Shown here: positions 1-10,263 of the stretch, piece after piece
How the letters are laid out: each line of letters starts with the position of its first letter
Position numbering within the stretch: the first letter of the stretch is position 1
Assembly (NCBI GenBank): GCA_044344255.1
Contig: JBIJDH010000007.1
Span: 160,001-224,000 of the forward strand
Direction: 5' to 3'
Length of the DNA stretch: 64,000 nt
Source: Myxococcota bacterium
Lineage (GTDB): Bacteria > Myxococcota_A > UBA796 > UBA2385
Position numbers and translations under genes: made by a program
The notes under the pieces: model-generated
The model's database searches: none
What the model was told of the DNA's origin: nothing
The model's input: only the letters and a program-made list of their open reading frames with translations

Positions 1-10
1 GTCGCCGCGG

Positions 11-1054
11 TCATGCCGGGCGATCCAGCACCGCCAGCGTCTCCATGTGGGAGGTCTGAGGAAACATGTCGAAGAGGGTGACCGAGCGGAGGGTGTAGCC
101 GGCCTTGAAGGCGGGCTTGAGGTCTGCCGCGAGCGCGACGGGGTTACAGGAGACGTAGAGGATCGTGCGCGGGCGGGTGATCAGCAGCTTGGGCACCAGC
201 CCGCCCGCGCCGGCGCGGGGAGGGTCGAGGATGACCACGTCGAAGACGGCGTCACCGGGCTGGTAGCGCTCGGCGGGGGCGGTCTTGACCTGCACCTTGA
301 GCCCGTGCTCGACGGCGGTGCGGCGGGCGTCGCGGGTGGCGGCGGCGTTGGCCTCGATGAGCGTGATCGGCAGCCCCTCTCGGGCGAGGGGCAGGGAGAG
401 GTTGCCCGCGCCGGAGAAGAGATCGAGCACCGCGTTCGGAGCGGAGGCGAGCACGGCGTCCCGCACCGCGGCCACGAGCCGCTCGTTGACCCCCAGGTTG
501 ACCTGGTAGAAGGTGTCGGGACTGAAGCGGTGCCGCACCCCGCAGACCTCGATGGCGACGGTGTCCTCTCCGAGAGCCCTCGCGCCGTCGAGCGCCGCCC
601 CGCGCAGCCCCGGCAGGCCGAGGAGCGCCGACGGCAGCTCGGTCACCCGCGGCTTTTGGGGGTTGGCGTTGCGGGCAGAGAGGACCACGCCGGCGCCGTC
701 GCTGCGGAGCTCGAGCTGCTCGAGCCCGGGCAGGAGGGGGAGGGCGCCCAGCACAGCGTTGAGCTCGGGGCGGGCGATGGGGCAGTCCCGGACAGGCAGG
801 TGCTCGTGGGAGCGCGGCCGGGAGAAGCCGGCTCGCCCGGCGGCGTCGAGGCGGAGGCTGACGCGGGCCCGATAGCCGAGCGGCGTGGGCGAGGGCACCA
901 CGGAGTCCGGTGGGCGGCGGAGGGCCCGGGTGAGGAAGTCGATCTTCTGCTGTAGCTGCCGATCTTCGGGGTGGACCATCTCCGGACAGCCGCCGCAGGA
1001 GGGCTGGAGAGGGCAGGGGAGGCTGCGGGAGGGAGGAGGGGGGAGGGTGTCCAT
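11..1054 (-). CDS. rlmD: 23S rRNA m5U methyltransferase (RlmD/TrmA family), lacking the N-terminal TRAM domain
   Basis: Fe-S motif CPLQPSCGGC...C; SAM motif LDLFSGAGN; DPPRAG; catalytic YVSCNP; DMFPQTSHME. Confidence 0.85.
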   Translation of the reverse strand: MDTLPPPPSRSLPCPLQPSCGGCPEMVHPEDRQLQQKIDFLTRALRRPPDSVVPSPTPLGYRARVSLRLDAAGRAGFSRPRSHEHLPVRDCPIARPELNAVLGALPLLPGLEQLELRSDGAGVVLSARNANPQKPRVTELPSALLGLPGLRGAALDGARALGEDTVAIEVCGVRHRFSPDTFYQVNLGVNERLVAAVRDAVLASAPNAVLDLFSGAGNLSLPLAREGLPITLIEANAAATRDARRTAVEHGLKVQVKTAPAERYQPGDAVFDVVILDPPRAGAGGLVPKLLITRPRTILYVSCNPVALAADLKPAFKAGYTLRSVTLFDMFPQTSHMETLAVLDRPA

Positions 1055-1095
1055 CGTGGCGGAGCCTATTATGCTTCGGGGCCCCAGGAGCCTGC

Positions 1096-1776
1096 ATGCG
1101 CAGCCTAGCCGACCGCCTCGCTCCGTCCCTCGTCTCGTCTCGCCTCGCCGTCGGCCTGCTGGTGGGCCTCCTCGCGGCCTGTGAGCCCACCTCGACGGGG
1201 GGCGACCTCTTTGGCCCCGCCGCCGGCTCGAGCGCGCCCGTGGTGGGCTCCGCCTCTCCGGACGCCGCTTCCGGCGGCGCCTCCGGTGTCAGCGGCAAGC
1301 GCGCCGATCCGGCCTTCGCGGACTTTGAGGAGCCCGCCTTCAAGATGAGCAGCGACGAGCTGCACCAGAGCGCCAACGCCGCCCCCTCGGACGCGGCCCC
1401 CTCCGCTGCGCCCGCCGCGGCTGCGGCCCCCGCCGCTCCGGCCGTCGTCGCCGCGCCGCCGGGGCCGGCGGAGGCCGCGCCGGTCGCCGCGCCGCCCTCC
1501 CCGCCCGCCGGCTCCATCGCCCCCCTGAGCGCGCTCGCGGCGGCGCCGGGGCCCTGGCCGGTTCGGCTGCTGCGCACCCTCCCCGAGACGCAGCCGCCGC
1601 GCGCCATCCTCGGCCTCCCCGACGGGCGCGAGATCGTCGTCAGCCCGGGCTCGATGGTCCCCGAGCAGGGCCTCGTCGTGATGGCGGTCGGTAAGGGTCA
1701 CCTGTCCCTGGCGCGGGTCACCGGTCAGGGAGATCACGTCGCCATCTCGGAGCTCACGCTCCAAAGCCAGTACTGA
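1096..1776 (+). CDS. Lipoprotein with Ala/Pro linker and C-terminal beta domain (weakly PilP/GspC-HR-like)
   Basis: Lipobox LLAAC; low-complexity A/P linker; C-terminal ...PRAILGLPDGREIVVSPGSMV...LVVMAV. Confidence 0.6.
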   Translation: MRSLADRLAPSLVSSRLAVGLLVGLLAACEPTSTGGDLFGPAAGSSAPVVGSASPDAASGGASGVSGKRADPAFADFEEPAFKMSSDELHQSANAAPSDAAPSAAPAAAAAPAAPAVVAAPPGPAEAAPVAAPPSPPAGSIAPLSALAAAPGPWPVRLLRTLPETQPPRAILGLPDGREIVVSPGSMVPEQGLVVMAVGKGHLSLARVTGQGDHVAISELTLQSQY

Positions 1777-1839
1777 GCCAACGGGGGGCCGGACGCCGGA
1801 CACGCCGCGTCGGCCCCCGTCCCCGCCGCCGAGGTCCGC

Positions 1840-2166
1840 ATGGCCGCTCGACCCTCCGTCCGCCAGATCTTCGAGAACATGCCCCAGCGCTACCTTCCGG
1901 GGAAGGTAGACCGGATGCGCACCTGGTACTTCTCCGTGGGCTCGGAGAAGTGGTCGGTGACCTTGAGCCCGACCGCCGCGGTGGCCGTGGAGGGGCGGAC
2001 CGCCGAGAAGGCTGACTCTGTGCTCGTCTGCGACCCCGAGCTCTTCACGCGCATGGTGCTCGACGGCAAGCGGCCCGGCGCCCTCGACATCGCCCGCGGC
2101 AAGATCAAGACCAACGATCCCACGGGCCTCGCCAAGATGGTCGAGCTCTTCCGCTTCGAGGGCTGA
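1840..2166 (+). CDS. SCP2 sterol/lipid-binding domain protein
   Basis: 108 aa; pattern WYFSV..WSVTL..EG..KADSVL..F.RM..GK..A..GKIK; GAGG RBS upstream. Confidence 0.8.
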   Translation: MAARPSVRQIFENMPQRYLPGKVDRMRTWYFSVGSEKWSVTLSPTAAVAVEGRTAEKADSVLVCDPELFTRMVLDGKRPGALDIARGKIKTNDPTGLAKMVELFRFEG

Positions 2167-2229
2167 GCGCGGGGGGCCCGCGCTTCACGGGCGCGCTTTC
2201 TCTGGGGCTCTGTGCCTCCGGAGCGCCGT

Positions 2230-3426
2230 TCACACGAAGGCGCTGTGCCCGGTGATCGCGCGGCCGACGATGAGGGTGTTCATCTCGTCGGTGCCCTCGT
2301 AGCTGTAGACCGCCTCCATGTCGGAGAAGAGCCGGGCCACGCCGTGCTCGAGCAGGATCCCGTTGCCGCCGAGCAGCCCGCGGCCGAGGGCGCAGACCTC
2401 GCGCGCCTTGCGGGCGCAGGAGAGCTTGAGGAGGCTGGCGCGCGCTTCGTCCAGGCGCCCCGTCGCCCGCTCATGCCGAGCGGCCTGCATCAGCAGGGCC
2501 TGCATCGAGGTGAGGTGATCGAGCATCGTGACGAGCTTGTCCTGCACCAGTTGAAAGCCAGCGATCGGGCGACCGAACTGCTCCCGACCGCGGGTGTAGC
2601 GCAGCGTCGCCTCGAAGACGCCGGTGGCGATGCCCAGCGCCTCCCAGGCCACCGCCACCCGCCCGAGCTGAAGCAGGCCCGCCACGTCGCGGAAGCTCCG
2701 CGCGCCGGGCAGGCGGGCCGCGTCGGGCAGGAAGCACTCCTCGAGGCGAATGTTGACGTTCTCCATCGCACGTTTGGCGATCTTGCCCTTGAGCTTCTCG
2801 ACGTGGAAGCCCGGGGTGCCCCGCTCGACGAGGAAGCCCCCGAGCTCACCCTCGGCGCTCGCCCAGATCACGGTGACGTCGGCGATGGTGGCGTTGCCCG
2901 ACCACTTCTTCTCGCCGCTGACCACGTAGCCTCCGCTCACCTTGCGGGCGGTGCAGCGGAGGCCGCGGGCGGCGTCCGAGCCGGCCAGGGGTTCAGTGAG
3001 GGCCCAGGAGCCGATCTGTCGCAGATCTGACATCGGTGGGATCCATCGCAGCTTTTGTTCGTCCGAACCGAAGGCGGCGATCGTGCCCATCGCGAGGCCC
3101 CAGTGCACCGCCACGAAGCTCGCCATCGAGGGATCGACCCTTCCGAGCTCCATCTTGAGGAGGCGGAAGGGCATGGGATCCTTGGCGGGGAAGGTGTAGG
3201 GGGCGGCGCCGAGGGTCTCGTTCAGGAGCGCGCCGAAGCGAGGCACGAGGAAGGCTGGGAATTCGCCGCGCTCCCACCAGTCGTCGATCACCGGGCGCAC
3301 CTCGGCCTCGAGGAAGGCGCGGAAGCGCGCGTGCTGGGCGGCCACCTCGGGGCTGAGCTCACCCCACACCCCGAAGAGGTCGGCCTGGTCAGAGAGCGCG
3401 CGGGCGAGGGCATCTTGGGCGGACAT
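2230..3426 (-). CDS. Acyl-CoA dehydrogenase (glutaryl-CoA dehydrogenase-like)
   Basis: WALTEPLAGSD; GEKKWSGN; REQFGRPIAGFQLVQ; LGGNG; SYEGT. Confidence 0.92.
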   Translation of the reverse strand: MSAQDALARALSDQADLFGVWGELSPEVAAQHARFRAFLEAEVRPVIDDWWERGEFPAFLVPRFGALLNETLGAAPYTFPAKDPMPFRLLKMELGRVDPSMASFVAVHWGLAMGTIAAFGSDEQKLRWIPPMSDLRQIGSWALTEPLAGSDAARGLRCTARKVSGGYVVSGEKKWSGNATIADVTVIWASAEGELGGFLVERGTPGFHVEKLKGKIAKRAMENVNIRLEECFLPDAARLPGARSFRDVAGLLQLGRVAVAWEALGIATGVFEATLRYTRGREQFGRPIAGFQLVQDKLVTMLDHLTSMQALLMQAARHERATGRLDEARASLLKLSCARKAREVCALGRGLLGGNGILLEHGVARLFSDMEAVYSYEGTDEMNTLIVGRAITGHSAFV

Positions 3427-3584
3427 CAGGGCTCCCGTCGGTCGGTGGGTCGAGCGGCCGCCTATCCGGCCGGGCCCTGCGGCAGGGGGAGGTTCGACCC
3501 GACCGGTGCGCGTTGACCGTGGACCAGAGTCGTGACAGGTTGAAGGTCCGCCCGATCAGGCGGCCCTGCCAGCGAGAGCGGACC

Positions 3585-5440
3585 ATGCACCCCCTGAACC
3601 TGCGAGAGCCCCTCGTTTCGCCTCGACCGCGTCGGCGCTCCGCCACAGCGTCGGTGCTGGCCCTCCTCGCGCTCGGCTGGACCGGTGGCTGCCACTACTT
3701 GAGCGACGAAGAGTACGCGGCCCTCTTCTCGAAGGGCGACGGGGCGGACGGCGCCGATGGCAGCGGGGCCGACGCCGACGGCGACGGCTACGACGCACCC
3801 GAGGACTGCGACGACACCGACGCCGCCATCCACCCCGGCGCCGACGAGCACTGCGATGGGGTCGACGAGGACTGCACCACCGTCGCGAATACGCCCCCGT
3901 GGACGGCCTGACGCTCTACCGGGACTCCGACGGTGACGGCTTCGGGGACCCCGCTTCCGCCACCTACGGCTGCCCGGGCGGCGCGGGCCTGGTGGAGCGT
4001 GGGGATGACTGTGAAGATGGCATCGCCACTGTCTTCCCCGGCTCCCACTCGATCGAGGACGGCACAGACGACATCGACACGGACTGCGACGGCAACCTCG
4101 CCTGTGATGATCTGAACTGCGATGGCTGGCCAGACCTCGTGCTGTGGAGCGCAGGTTCGTACCCATCGGCCTCCGACCGCAGCGTGTATTACCTCAGCGA
4201 CGAGGGCAGCTTCGACGGGGTGGCCGCGTACCCCATCCCTGGGGAGGGTGTCTACTCGGCCCACGCCGCTGACCTCGACGCGGACGGGTACCCCGACCTC
4301 ATCGTCGGTCATCAATACGGGAGCGGCGGAGGAGGCATCGACATCTACCCGGGCACCATCAGCGGTCCGGACCTCACGGCGTCGGCCGTGCAGTCCTTGG
4401 AGGGCGACAACACCCTCGCCATCTGCCTCGAAGACTTCGACGGTGACGGCGACACCGACATCGCCCAGGTCAACCACGGCGGCTTGGACACGAAGGGGGC
4501 GGTGGCCCGCATCTGGTGGAACAACGCCGGTCTGTTCAACATCGATCAGGCGGCCGACCTCATCGGCGGGAACGGCGTGAGCTGCGCCACGGGAGACCTC
4601 GACCGGGACGGCCTCCCCGACCTCACCGTCGCCAACTACGGAGTCGGCACTGAGCTCAACGATACGAGCTACTTGTATCGCAGCGACGGGGGTGCCTTTG
4701 ACCTCGGGTCGGTCCCCCTGTCGGCGAAGGCGCCGCTCGAGGTGCTCACCGGTGACCTCACCGGGGATGGACGGGACGACGCCTTCTTTGTCAGCCGCGG
4801 TGACCCATCGGACGCATACTGGACGACCTCGACCGCCTATACAGACCTCGGTGACGGCTTCGACTCCGTAGACGTAGCCGCGCAGATCGACACACAGGGC
4901 GCCGAAGACGGCGTGCTGGCCGACTTCAATCAGGACGGGCTCCTCGACGTCGCCCTGTCCTGGTTCACTCCGGCGGCGGCGCCCGATCCGCTGCGGGGCG
5001 GCGTGCAGGTCTACCTGAACGACGGCGGATCCTTCAGCCTCGCCTTCGAGGCCGAGCACCTCCTGGGGGTCGAGGTGAGCGCGGAGGACCTCAACGGCGA
5101 CGACTACCCTGAGCTCATCCTCAGCCAGCTCTCGGACGGAGAACGTTTCGACGTGGACTCCTACGTGTACTGGTCTTCGGCGGGGGAGTTTAGCGTCGAG
5201 GACCGAACCGCCCTGCCCACCCACGGCAGCGCCCACCACAGCGTCACCGATCTCGACGGAGACGGCGAGCCCGAGCTCGTCTTCGGCGGGGCCTACACGG
5301 GCTCGACGGACTCGCCCTCGCAGTCGGCGAACACCGTGATCTACTCGGTGGTGGACGGAGACATCGATCCTTCGGACTTCACTCTGGTGGCCGGCTACGC
5401 TACCTACTCAGACCCCCTCGTGGTCGGGAGCCTCCCCTGA
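3585..5440 (+). pseudogene. Lipoprotein with Cys/Asp 'putative metal-binding' repeats and FG-GAP/VCBS-like repeats, split by a 1-nt frameshift near 3890-3898
   Basis: ATG 3585, lipobox TGGC and motif DGDGY..DCDD..HPGA.E.CDGVDEDC in one frame (stop at 3909-3911); it continues in another frame as DGLTLYRDSDGDGFGD...DxDxDG repeats to 5440. Confidence 0.75.
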
Positions 5441-5448
5441 GCTTGCCG

Positions 5449-6306
5449 ATGCTCCTCTTCCTCGTCTCCGCGGCCTCGGCTGCGCCGGTCTGCCCGGCGA
5501 CCGTGGCTGAGCTCAACGCCGCCCTCGACGAGGCCGAAGCCGCCTTCGTGAAGCTGGACGCCGTCGGCCTCCGCGCCGGCTGGAGGGACGCCGCCGCCGA
5601 GGTTGGCTGCCTCCAGGTGTCGATCCCCCCGGTCGTCGCCGCCCGCCTGCACCGCGCCAGCGCCCTGCGCGCCTTCGTGGACGGGGACGAGGCCGCGGCC
5701 CGCCGCTCGCTGCTCGCCGCCCGGGTGCTCGACCCCTCGGGCACCTTTCCCGCGGCCCTCCTGCCCGCCGACCACCCGCTCCGGGCGCTCGATCCCGGCG
5801 CCGGCCCGCACGTGGCCGCCACGATCGCCGTCCGTCCCCCGCCCGTGGGAACGCTCTCCTTTGACGGACAGGCGAGCCTCTACCGCCCTTCGGACCGACC
5901 GACGGCGATGCAGGTGCTGGGGCCAGACGGAGCGACGGTGCAGGGCGCCTACCTCTGGCCGGAGGAGCCGCTCGGCCCCTGGACCTCCGAGGCCCCCCGC
6001 CGCGCGGCTGCGGATCGGGCTCCTCCGAGCGACCCGCCCGTCGCGGTGGCGCGCTCCGGGGGGCGCCTGACCCGCCCGCTGGCCATCACCAGCGCGGTGA
6101 GCCTCGTGCTGGCCGGCGCCGCTTACACGGTCTCGGAGCTCTCCTACCGCAGCGTGCTCGACGAGGTCGAAGCCGACCCCTCCGTCTCGCGGGAGGTGAC
6201 CGACCCCGCCCTCCGCCGCCACCAGCTCTCCTTCCCGATGGCGGTCGCCCTCGGCGGGGTGGGCGCGCTCACTGGGCTGGGGGCCGTGGCGACCTGGGTC
6301 TGGTGA
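5449..6306 (+). CDS. Hypothetical exported protein with two C-terminal hydrophobic segments
   Basis: Signal-peptide-like MLLFLVSAASAAP; hydrophobic C-terminus; abuts the upstream gene. Confidence 0.65.
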   Translation: MLLFLVSAASAAPVCPATVAELNAALDEAEAAFVKLDAVGLRAGWRDAAAEVGCLQVSIPPVVAARLHRASALRAFVDGDEAAARRSLLAARVLDPSGTFPAALLPADHPLRALDPGAGPHVAATIAVRPPPVGTLSFDGQASLYRPSDRPTAMQVLGPDGATVQGAYLWPEEPLGPWTSEAPRRAAADRAPPSDPPVAVARSGGRLTRPLAITSAVSLVLAGAAYTVSELSYRSVLDEVEADPSVSREVTDPALRRHQLSFPMAVALGGVGALTGLGAVATWVW

Positions 6307-6363
6307 AGCTCCCCCCCGCGGGTTAACGGCGACCGTTCGTCGAACTGCGGGAGAGAGGTTCTG

Positions 6364-7911
6364 ATGGCCCGCACCCTGGCGCCGGGAGAGATCATCGACC
6401 GGTACACGGTGTTGTCCCTCCTCGGTGAAGGAGGGATGGCGGCGGTGTACGCGGTCCGCCACAACACCCTCGGCAGCCGGCACGCCCTCAAGCTCCTCAA
6501 GATCGAGAACGAGGGCATCCAGCGCCGCCTCGTCGCCGAGGGGCAGGTGCAGGCCTCCCTTCGGCATCCGAACATCGTCTCTGTCACGGATGTGTTGATT
6601 GTAGACGGTCAGATCGGCCTCCTGATGGAGCACATCGACGGCCCTGCGCTGGACGCCTGGCTCCGGGAGCACCGCCCGAGCCAGAAGGACGCCCTCGCGC
6701 TCTTCCGCGGCATCCTCGCCGGCGTGTCCCGGGCGCACCGGGCCGGCCTCGTGCACCGTGACCTCAAGCCTGGCAACGTGCTCCTCGACAGCGCGGACGG
6801 GCTCACGATCCCCAAGGTGGCTGACTTCGGCCTCGCCAAGATCCTGGCCGACAATGAGGGAGGGCACTCCCGAACGCGCAGCGGTTTGCCGATGGGCACG
6901 CCTCAGTTCATGGCGCCAGAGCAGATCCGCAGCGCCAAGGAGGTCGACACTCGGGCCGACATCTTCGCGTTGGGCTGCATCCTCTATGTGTTGATCTGTG
7001 GGCAGGTCCCCTTTGAGGATCCGGACCTGCTCGAGCTCTTCAACAAGATCGCCACCGGCCGGTACACCCCCCCCTCGGCCCTGGTCCGGGGCCTCGATCC
7101 GCGGGTGGACGCCACCCTCCGGGCCTGCTTGGAGTTCGACCGGGAGCGCCGCCCGCCCGACTGCGAGGCGGTGCGCCGCATGCTCTACGGGGACGACGAG
7201 GCGATGACCGGCGGCGTCAAGCTCTCTCCGAGCCCGCCGCCGAGCTCCCTCCTCCGCGCCGCTCCCCTGGAGCAGGGGGTCACCGAGACCCTGATGGAGG
7301 CCTCCGCGCGGACGGCGGCGGAGGGTGCGCAGGGTTCGGCTCGGGGGCCCCTGCGGGAGGCCGACCCTGCCGCCGAGGCGCGCGGTCGGCGAGATCGGTT
7401 CGGGCTCACCGTGGGCGTGGTGGCCGTGTTCGGCGTGCTGCTGCTCGCGCTCTTCACCGCGGTGGCCGGCGGCCTCGCCTGGGTGGGCTACGAGAGCCGG
7501 CTGCGAGAGGCGGAGCTCGCCCGGCAGGTAGCCGCGGAGGCGAGGACAGAGCCTGCGCTGGCGTCCCCTGCGCCGTCCGAGCCCGCCGCGGAGGTCAACG
7601 CGGCCCCCGAGGTCGAGCCCCCTCCGCCCACGGAGCCCCGGGGGAGGGCGGCCCCGGCGGCCTCGGCGGCCTCGGCGGCCCCGGCGGCCCCTGCCACCGG
7701 GACCGTCTCGGTGACGGGGCGGGTGGAGGCCGTGAGCCTCGTCTCGTCGGCGGGCCGCTTCGGCCCAGGGGCCGTCCCCTCCGGCGCGTATGCGGTGACC
7801 TACACCTTCGCAGGGCGGGAGCCGCAGAAGCTGGGCACGGTGGTGGTGGAGCCCGGCCGCCTCACGACCATCGCCTGTGACCAGAGCTTCTCGATCTGCA
7901 GGGTCCAGTGA
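6364..7911 (+). CDS. Membrane-anchored Hanks-type Ser/Thr protein kinase
   Basis: GEGGMAAVY; ALK; HRDLKPGN; DFG; GTPQFMAPE; one TM helix; short extracytoplasmic beta domain. Confidence 0.95.
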   Translation: MARTLAPGEIIDRYTVLSLLGEGGMAAVYAVRHNTLGSRHALKLLKIENEGIQRRLVAEGQVQASLRHPNIVSVTDVLIVDGQIGLLMEHIDGPALDAWLREHRPSQKDALALFRGILAGVSRAHRAGLVHRDLKPGNVLLDSADGLTIPKVADFGLAKILADNEGGHSRTRSGLPMGTPQFMAPEQIRSAKEVDTRADIFALGCILYVLICGQVPFEDPDLLELFNKIATGRYTPPSALVRGLDPRVDATLRACLEFDRERRPPDCEAVRRMLYGDDEAMTGGVKLSPSPPPSSLLRAAPLEQGVTETLMEASARTAAEGAQGSARGPLREADPAAEARGRRDRFGLTVGVVAVFGVLLLALFTAVAGGLAWVGYESRLREAELARQVAAEARTEPALASPAPSEPAAEVNAAPEVEPPPPTEPRGRAAPAASAASAAPAAPATGTVSVTGRVEAVSLVSSAGRFGPGAVPSGAYAVTYTFAGREPQKLGTVVVEPGRLTTIACDQSFSICRVQ

Positions 7912-8696
7912 AGAGGGCCGAGCCGCCGCTGCGGTCGGTGGAGCCGGCCCTCGTGGAGCTCCACTTCGGCTATCGACGGGCGGCCCGGCGGGCCCGGGTC
8001 TTCATCCCCGCCGCGGTCGAGCCCGAGGCTCCCTTGCTGCTGCTCTTCGACGGGCAGAACGTCTTCGGAGACGAGGGGAGCTACGCGGGCGGCTGGTACG
8101 CCCACCGGGCGGTGGACGCGCTGCCGCGCACGGTGCGCCGCCCCGTGGTGGTGGGCATCGACAACGGCGGCATCTATCGAAACCGCGAGCTCTGGAGCGG
8201 ACTCGACGAGCTGCTGGGCGCCATCGCCTCCTCCCTGCTGCCGGCCATCCGCGCGCGCTGGTCGATCGGCGCGGGGCCGGTGGTGCTCGGAGGCGCCTCG
8301 ATGGGCGGGCTCGCCGCCCTCGCCGGTCACCTCCGCCATCCGAGGGTGTTTGGCGGAGTCCTCGGCGTCTCGCCTTCCTTCTGGGTGGGTGGCGGGGCGC
8401 TCTTTGGGGAGGTCGCGGGCACCATCCCCCACGGTCGTCCCCGCATCTACATCGACGCCGGTCAGCGGGAGAAGGGGCAGATGTTCGAGCAGGCGGCGCA
8501 GATGGCCGCGCTGCTTGTGCGGCGTGGGTATCCGGCCAGCCACGTCCGTTGGCGACCCGATCGGCGCGGGACACACCACGAGCGCCACTGGCGTCGTCGC
8601 CTTCCGGGGGCGCTGCGCTTCCTCTTCCATAAGCGGGTGCCCGTGGAGGAGGGCTGCACCTGGAGAGACGGCCCGCCCGACGGGGTGAAGCCGTGA
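7908..8696 (+). CDS. Alpha/beta hydrolase (putative esterase family)
   Basis: LLFDGQNVF; nucleophile elbow GASMGG; SPSFW; YIDAG.RE; HHERHW; GTGA overlap with the kinase stop. Confidence 0.88.
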   Translation: MKRAEPPLRSVEPALVELHFGYRRAARRARVFIPAAVEPEAPLLLLFDGQNVFGDEGSYAGGWYAHRAVDALPRTVRRPVVVGIDNGGIYRNRELWSGLDELLGAIASSLLPAIRARWSIGAGPVVLGGASMGGLAALAGHLRHPRVFGGVLGVSPSFWVGGGALFGEVAGTIPHGRPRIYIDAGQREKGQMFEQAAQMAALLVRRGYPASHVRWRPDRRGTHHERHWRRRLPGALRFLFHKRVPVEEGCTWRDGPPDGVKP

Positions 8697-10255
8697 GGGC
8701 CTCGGACGCCCTCGCGGGGTCCGCCGCCCGTCGCCTCCTCCGCGCGTTCGGCCTGGGGGTCGCCCTGGGTCCGGGCTGCGGCTCGGGGAGAGGGCCGAAG
8801 GGCGGGGCGGCAGACAGCGCTCCGGGAGGCGTTTCGGACAGCGGGTCGGACAGCGTTTCGGACAGCGTTTCGGACAGCGCGCCGGCGGGCGACAGCGGGG
8901 CCTCGGGAGACTCGGGAGGGTCGAGCCCCTGCCTGCCGGTGGAGGGCGAGCGGGTCCTCGGGCCCTCCCTCGGCGACGCACGGGTGAGCCTCTCGGCCAC
9001 CGGCTGGTTTCGCACGGAGCGCCTCTGCGACCGCTGGTGGCTCGTCGATCCCGAGGGGCACCCCTTCTGGTCGGTGGGGGTGAACAGCGCCACCCCCACT
9101 GGCCTCCAAGACGCCACCACAGGGCGGTATCCCTACGGGGAGGCCGTGGCCGCGGCCTACGCGAGCGAGGCGGACTGGGCGCTCGCCACCGCGGAGCGCC
9201 TCCAGGGTTGGGGCTTCAACACCGCAGGCTCCTGGTCCGACCACGGTCACCTCGGGCCCCTCCTCCCCGGCGCGGTCAACCTCCACCTGTCGGGCGGCGA
9301 CTGGGAGAGCGGCGCGGTGGCCGACTGGTTCGACCCCGCCTGGGAGGCCGACGTGGTGACGGCCGCCTCCGCGGGGGCTCGGCCCGATGATCCACTGCTC
9401 ATCGGCTACTTCATCGATAACGAGACCCGTTGGGGCCCCGACTGGCGGGGGCTCGAGACGCTGCTCCAGCTCTACCTCGGCCTGCCCTCCACAGCCCCCG
9501 GGAAACAAGCGGCGGTGGCCCTCCTGCTCGAGCGACACGGAGACGTCGCCACCTTGAACGCGGCGCTGGGCACGACCTTCGCCGATGAGACGGCGCTCCT
9601 CGCGGAGACCGGGGCCTGGGACGCCCTCGATCCGGGCGCCTCTCCCGCGGCGGACACGCTCACCGCGGACTTCCTGACCCTGTCTGCCGACCGGTACTTC
9701 TCGGTCACCGCGGGCGCGATCCGCGCCGCTGACCCAAACCACCTCATCCTCGGCAACCGAGAGGTGTCGGTGATGGTGCGGCTCGAGGTCTATGAGGCCG
9801 CGGCGCCCTATGTCGATGTCCTCTCGATCAACAGCTACGCCTACCTCGACGGCGTCGAGCCGCTCGCGCTTGCGCTCTCCGGGGCGCCCTCGCGAGCCGA
9901 TGGGTTCCTCGCTGTGCATGAGCGGGTCGACCTGCCCATCCTGGTCACGGAGTTCGGCTTCCGGGCCGACGACGCCGGCCTGCCGAATTCCTGGCCGCCG
10001 GTCTATCCGCGGTTCCCCACTCAGACCGAGCGGACCGCGGCCTACGTGGCGGTCACCCGGGAGCGCCAGGCGGTGCCGTGGATCGTCGGGCAACACTGGT
10101 ACATGTGGACCGATGACCCGCCCAACGGCCGCTTTGACGGCGAGGACAACAACTGGGGCCTCGTGAGCCTGACCGACACGCCCTATGAGGAGCTCACCCT
10201 CGGCGCGGCGGCGGTGAACGCCGAGATCGGCGCCTGGGTGGAGGTCCCGCGCTGA
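8693..10255 (+). CDS. Clan GH-A glycoside hydrolase lipoprotein (GH50 agarase-like)
   Basis: WWLVDPEGHPFWSVGVN; WGFNTAGSWSD; GYFIDNE (acid/base); TEFGF (nucleophile); GRFDGEDNNWGLVS; lipobox-like GPGC. Confidence 0.8.
   Translation: MRASDALAGSAARRLLRAFGLGVALGPGCGSGRGPKGGAADSAPGGVSDSGSDSVSDSVSDSAPAGDSGASGDSGGSSPCLPVEGERVLGPSLGDARVSLSATGWFRTERLCDRWWLVDPEGHPFWSVGVNSATPTGLQDATTGRYPYGEAVAAAYASEADWALATAERLQGWGFNTAGSWSDHGHLGPLLPGAVNLHLSGGDWESGAVADWFDPAWEADVVTAASAGARPDDPLLIGYFIDNETRWGPDWRGLETLLQLYLGLPSTAPGKQAAVALLLERHGDVATLNAALGTTFADETALLAETGAWDALDPGASPAADTLTADFLTLSADRYFSVTAGAIRAADPNHLILGNREVSVMVRLEVYEAAAPYVDVLSINSYAYLDGVEPLALALSGAPSRADGFLAVHERVDLPILVTEFGFRADDAGLPNSWPPVYPRFPTQTERTAAYVAVTRERQAVPWIVGQHWYMWTDDPPNGRFDGEDNNWGLVSLTDTPYEELTLGAAAVNAEIGAWVEVPR
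8831..8878 (+). repeat. 12-bp coding tandem repeat (GTTTCGGACAGC x4, one variant copy), encoding a VSDS linker
   Basis: Read directly from the sequence. Confidence 0.9.
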
Positions 10256-10263
10256 CGTTGGCG

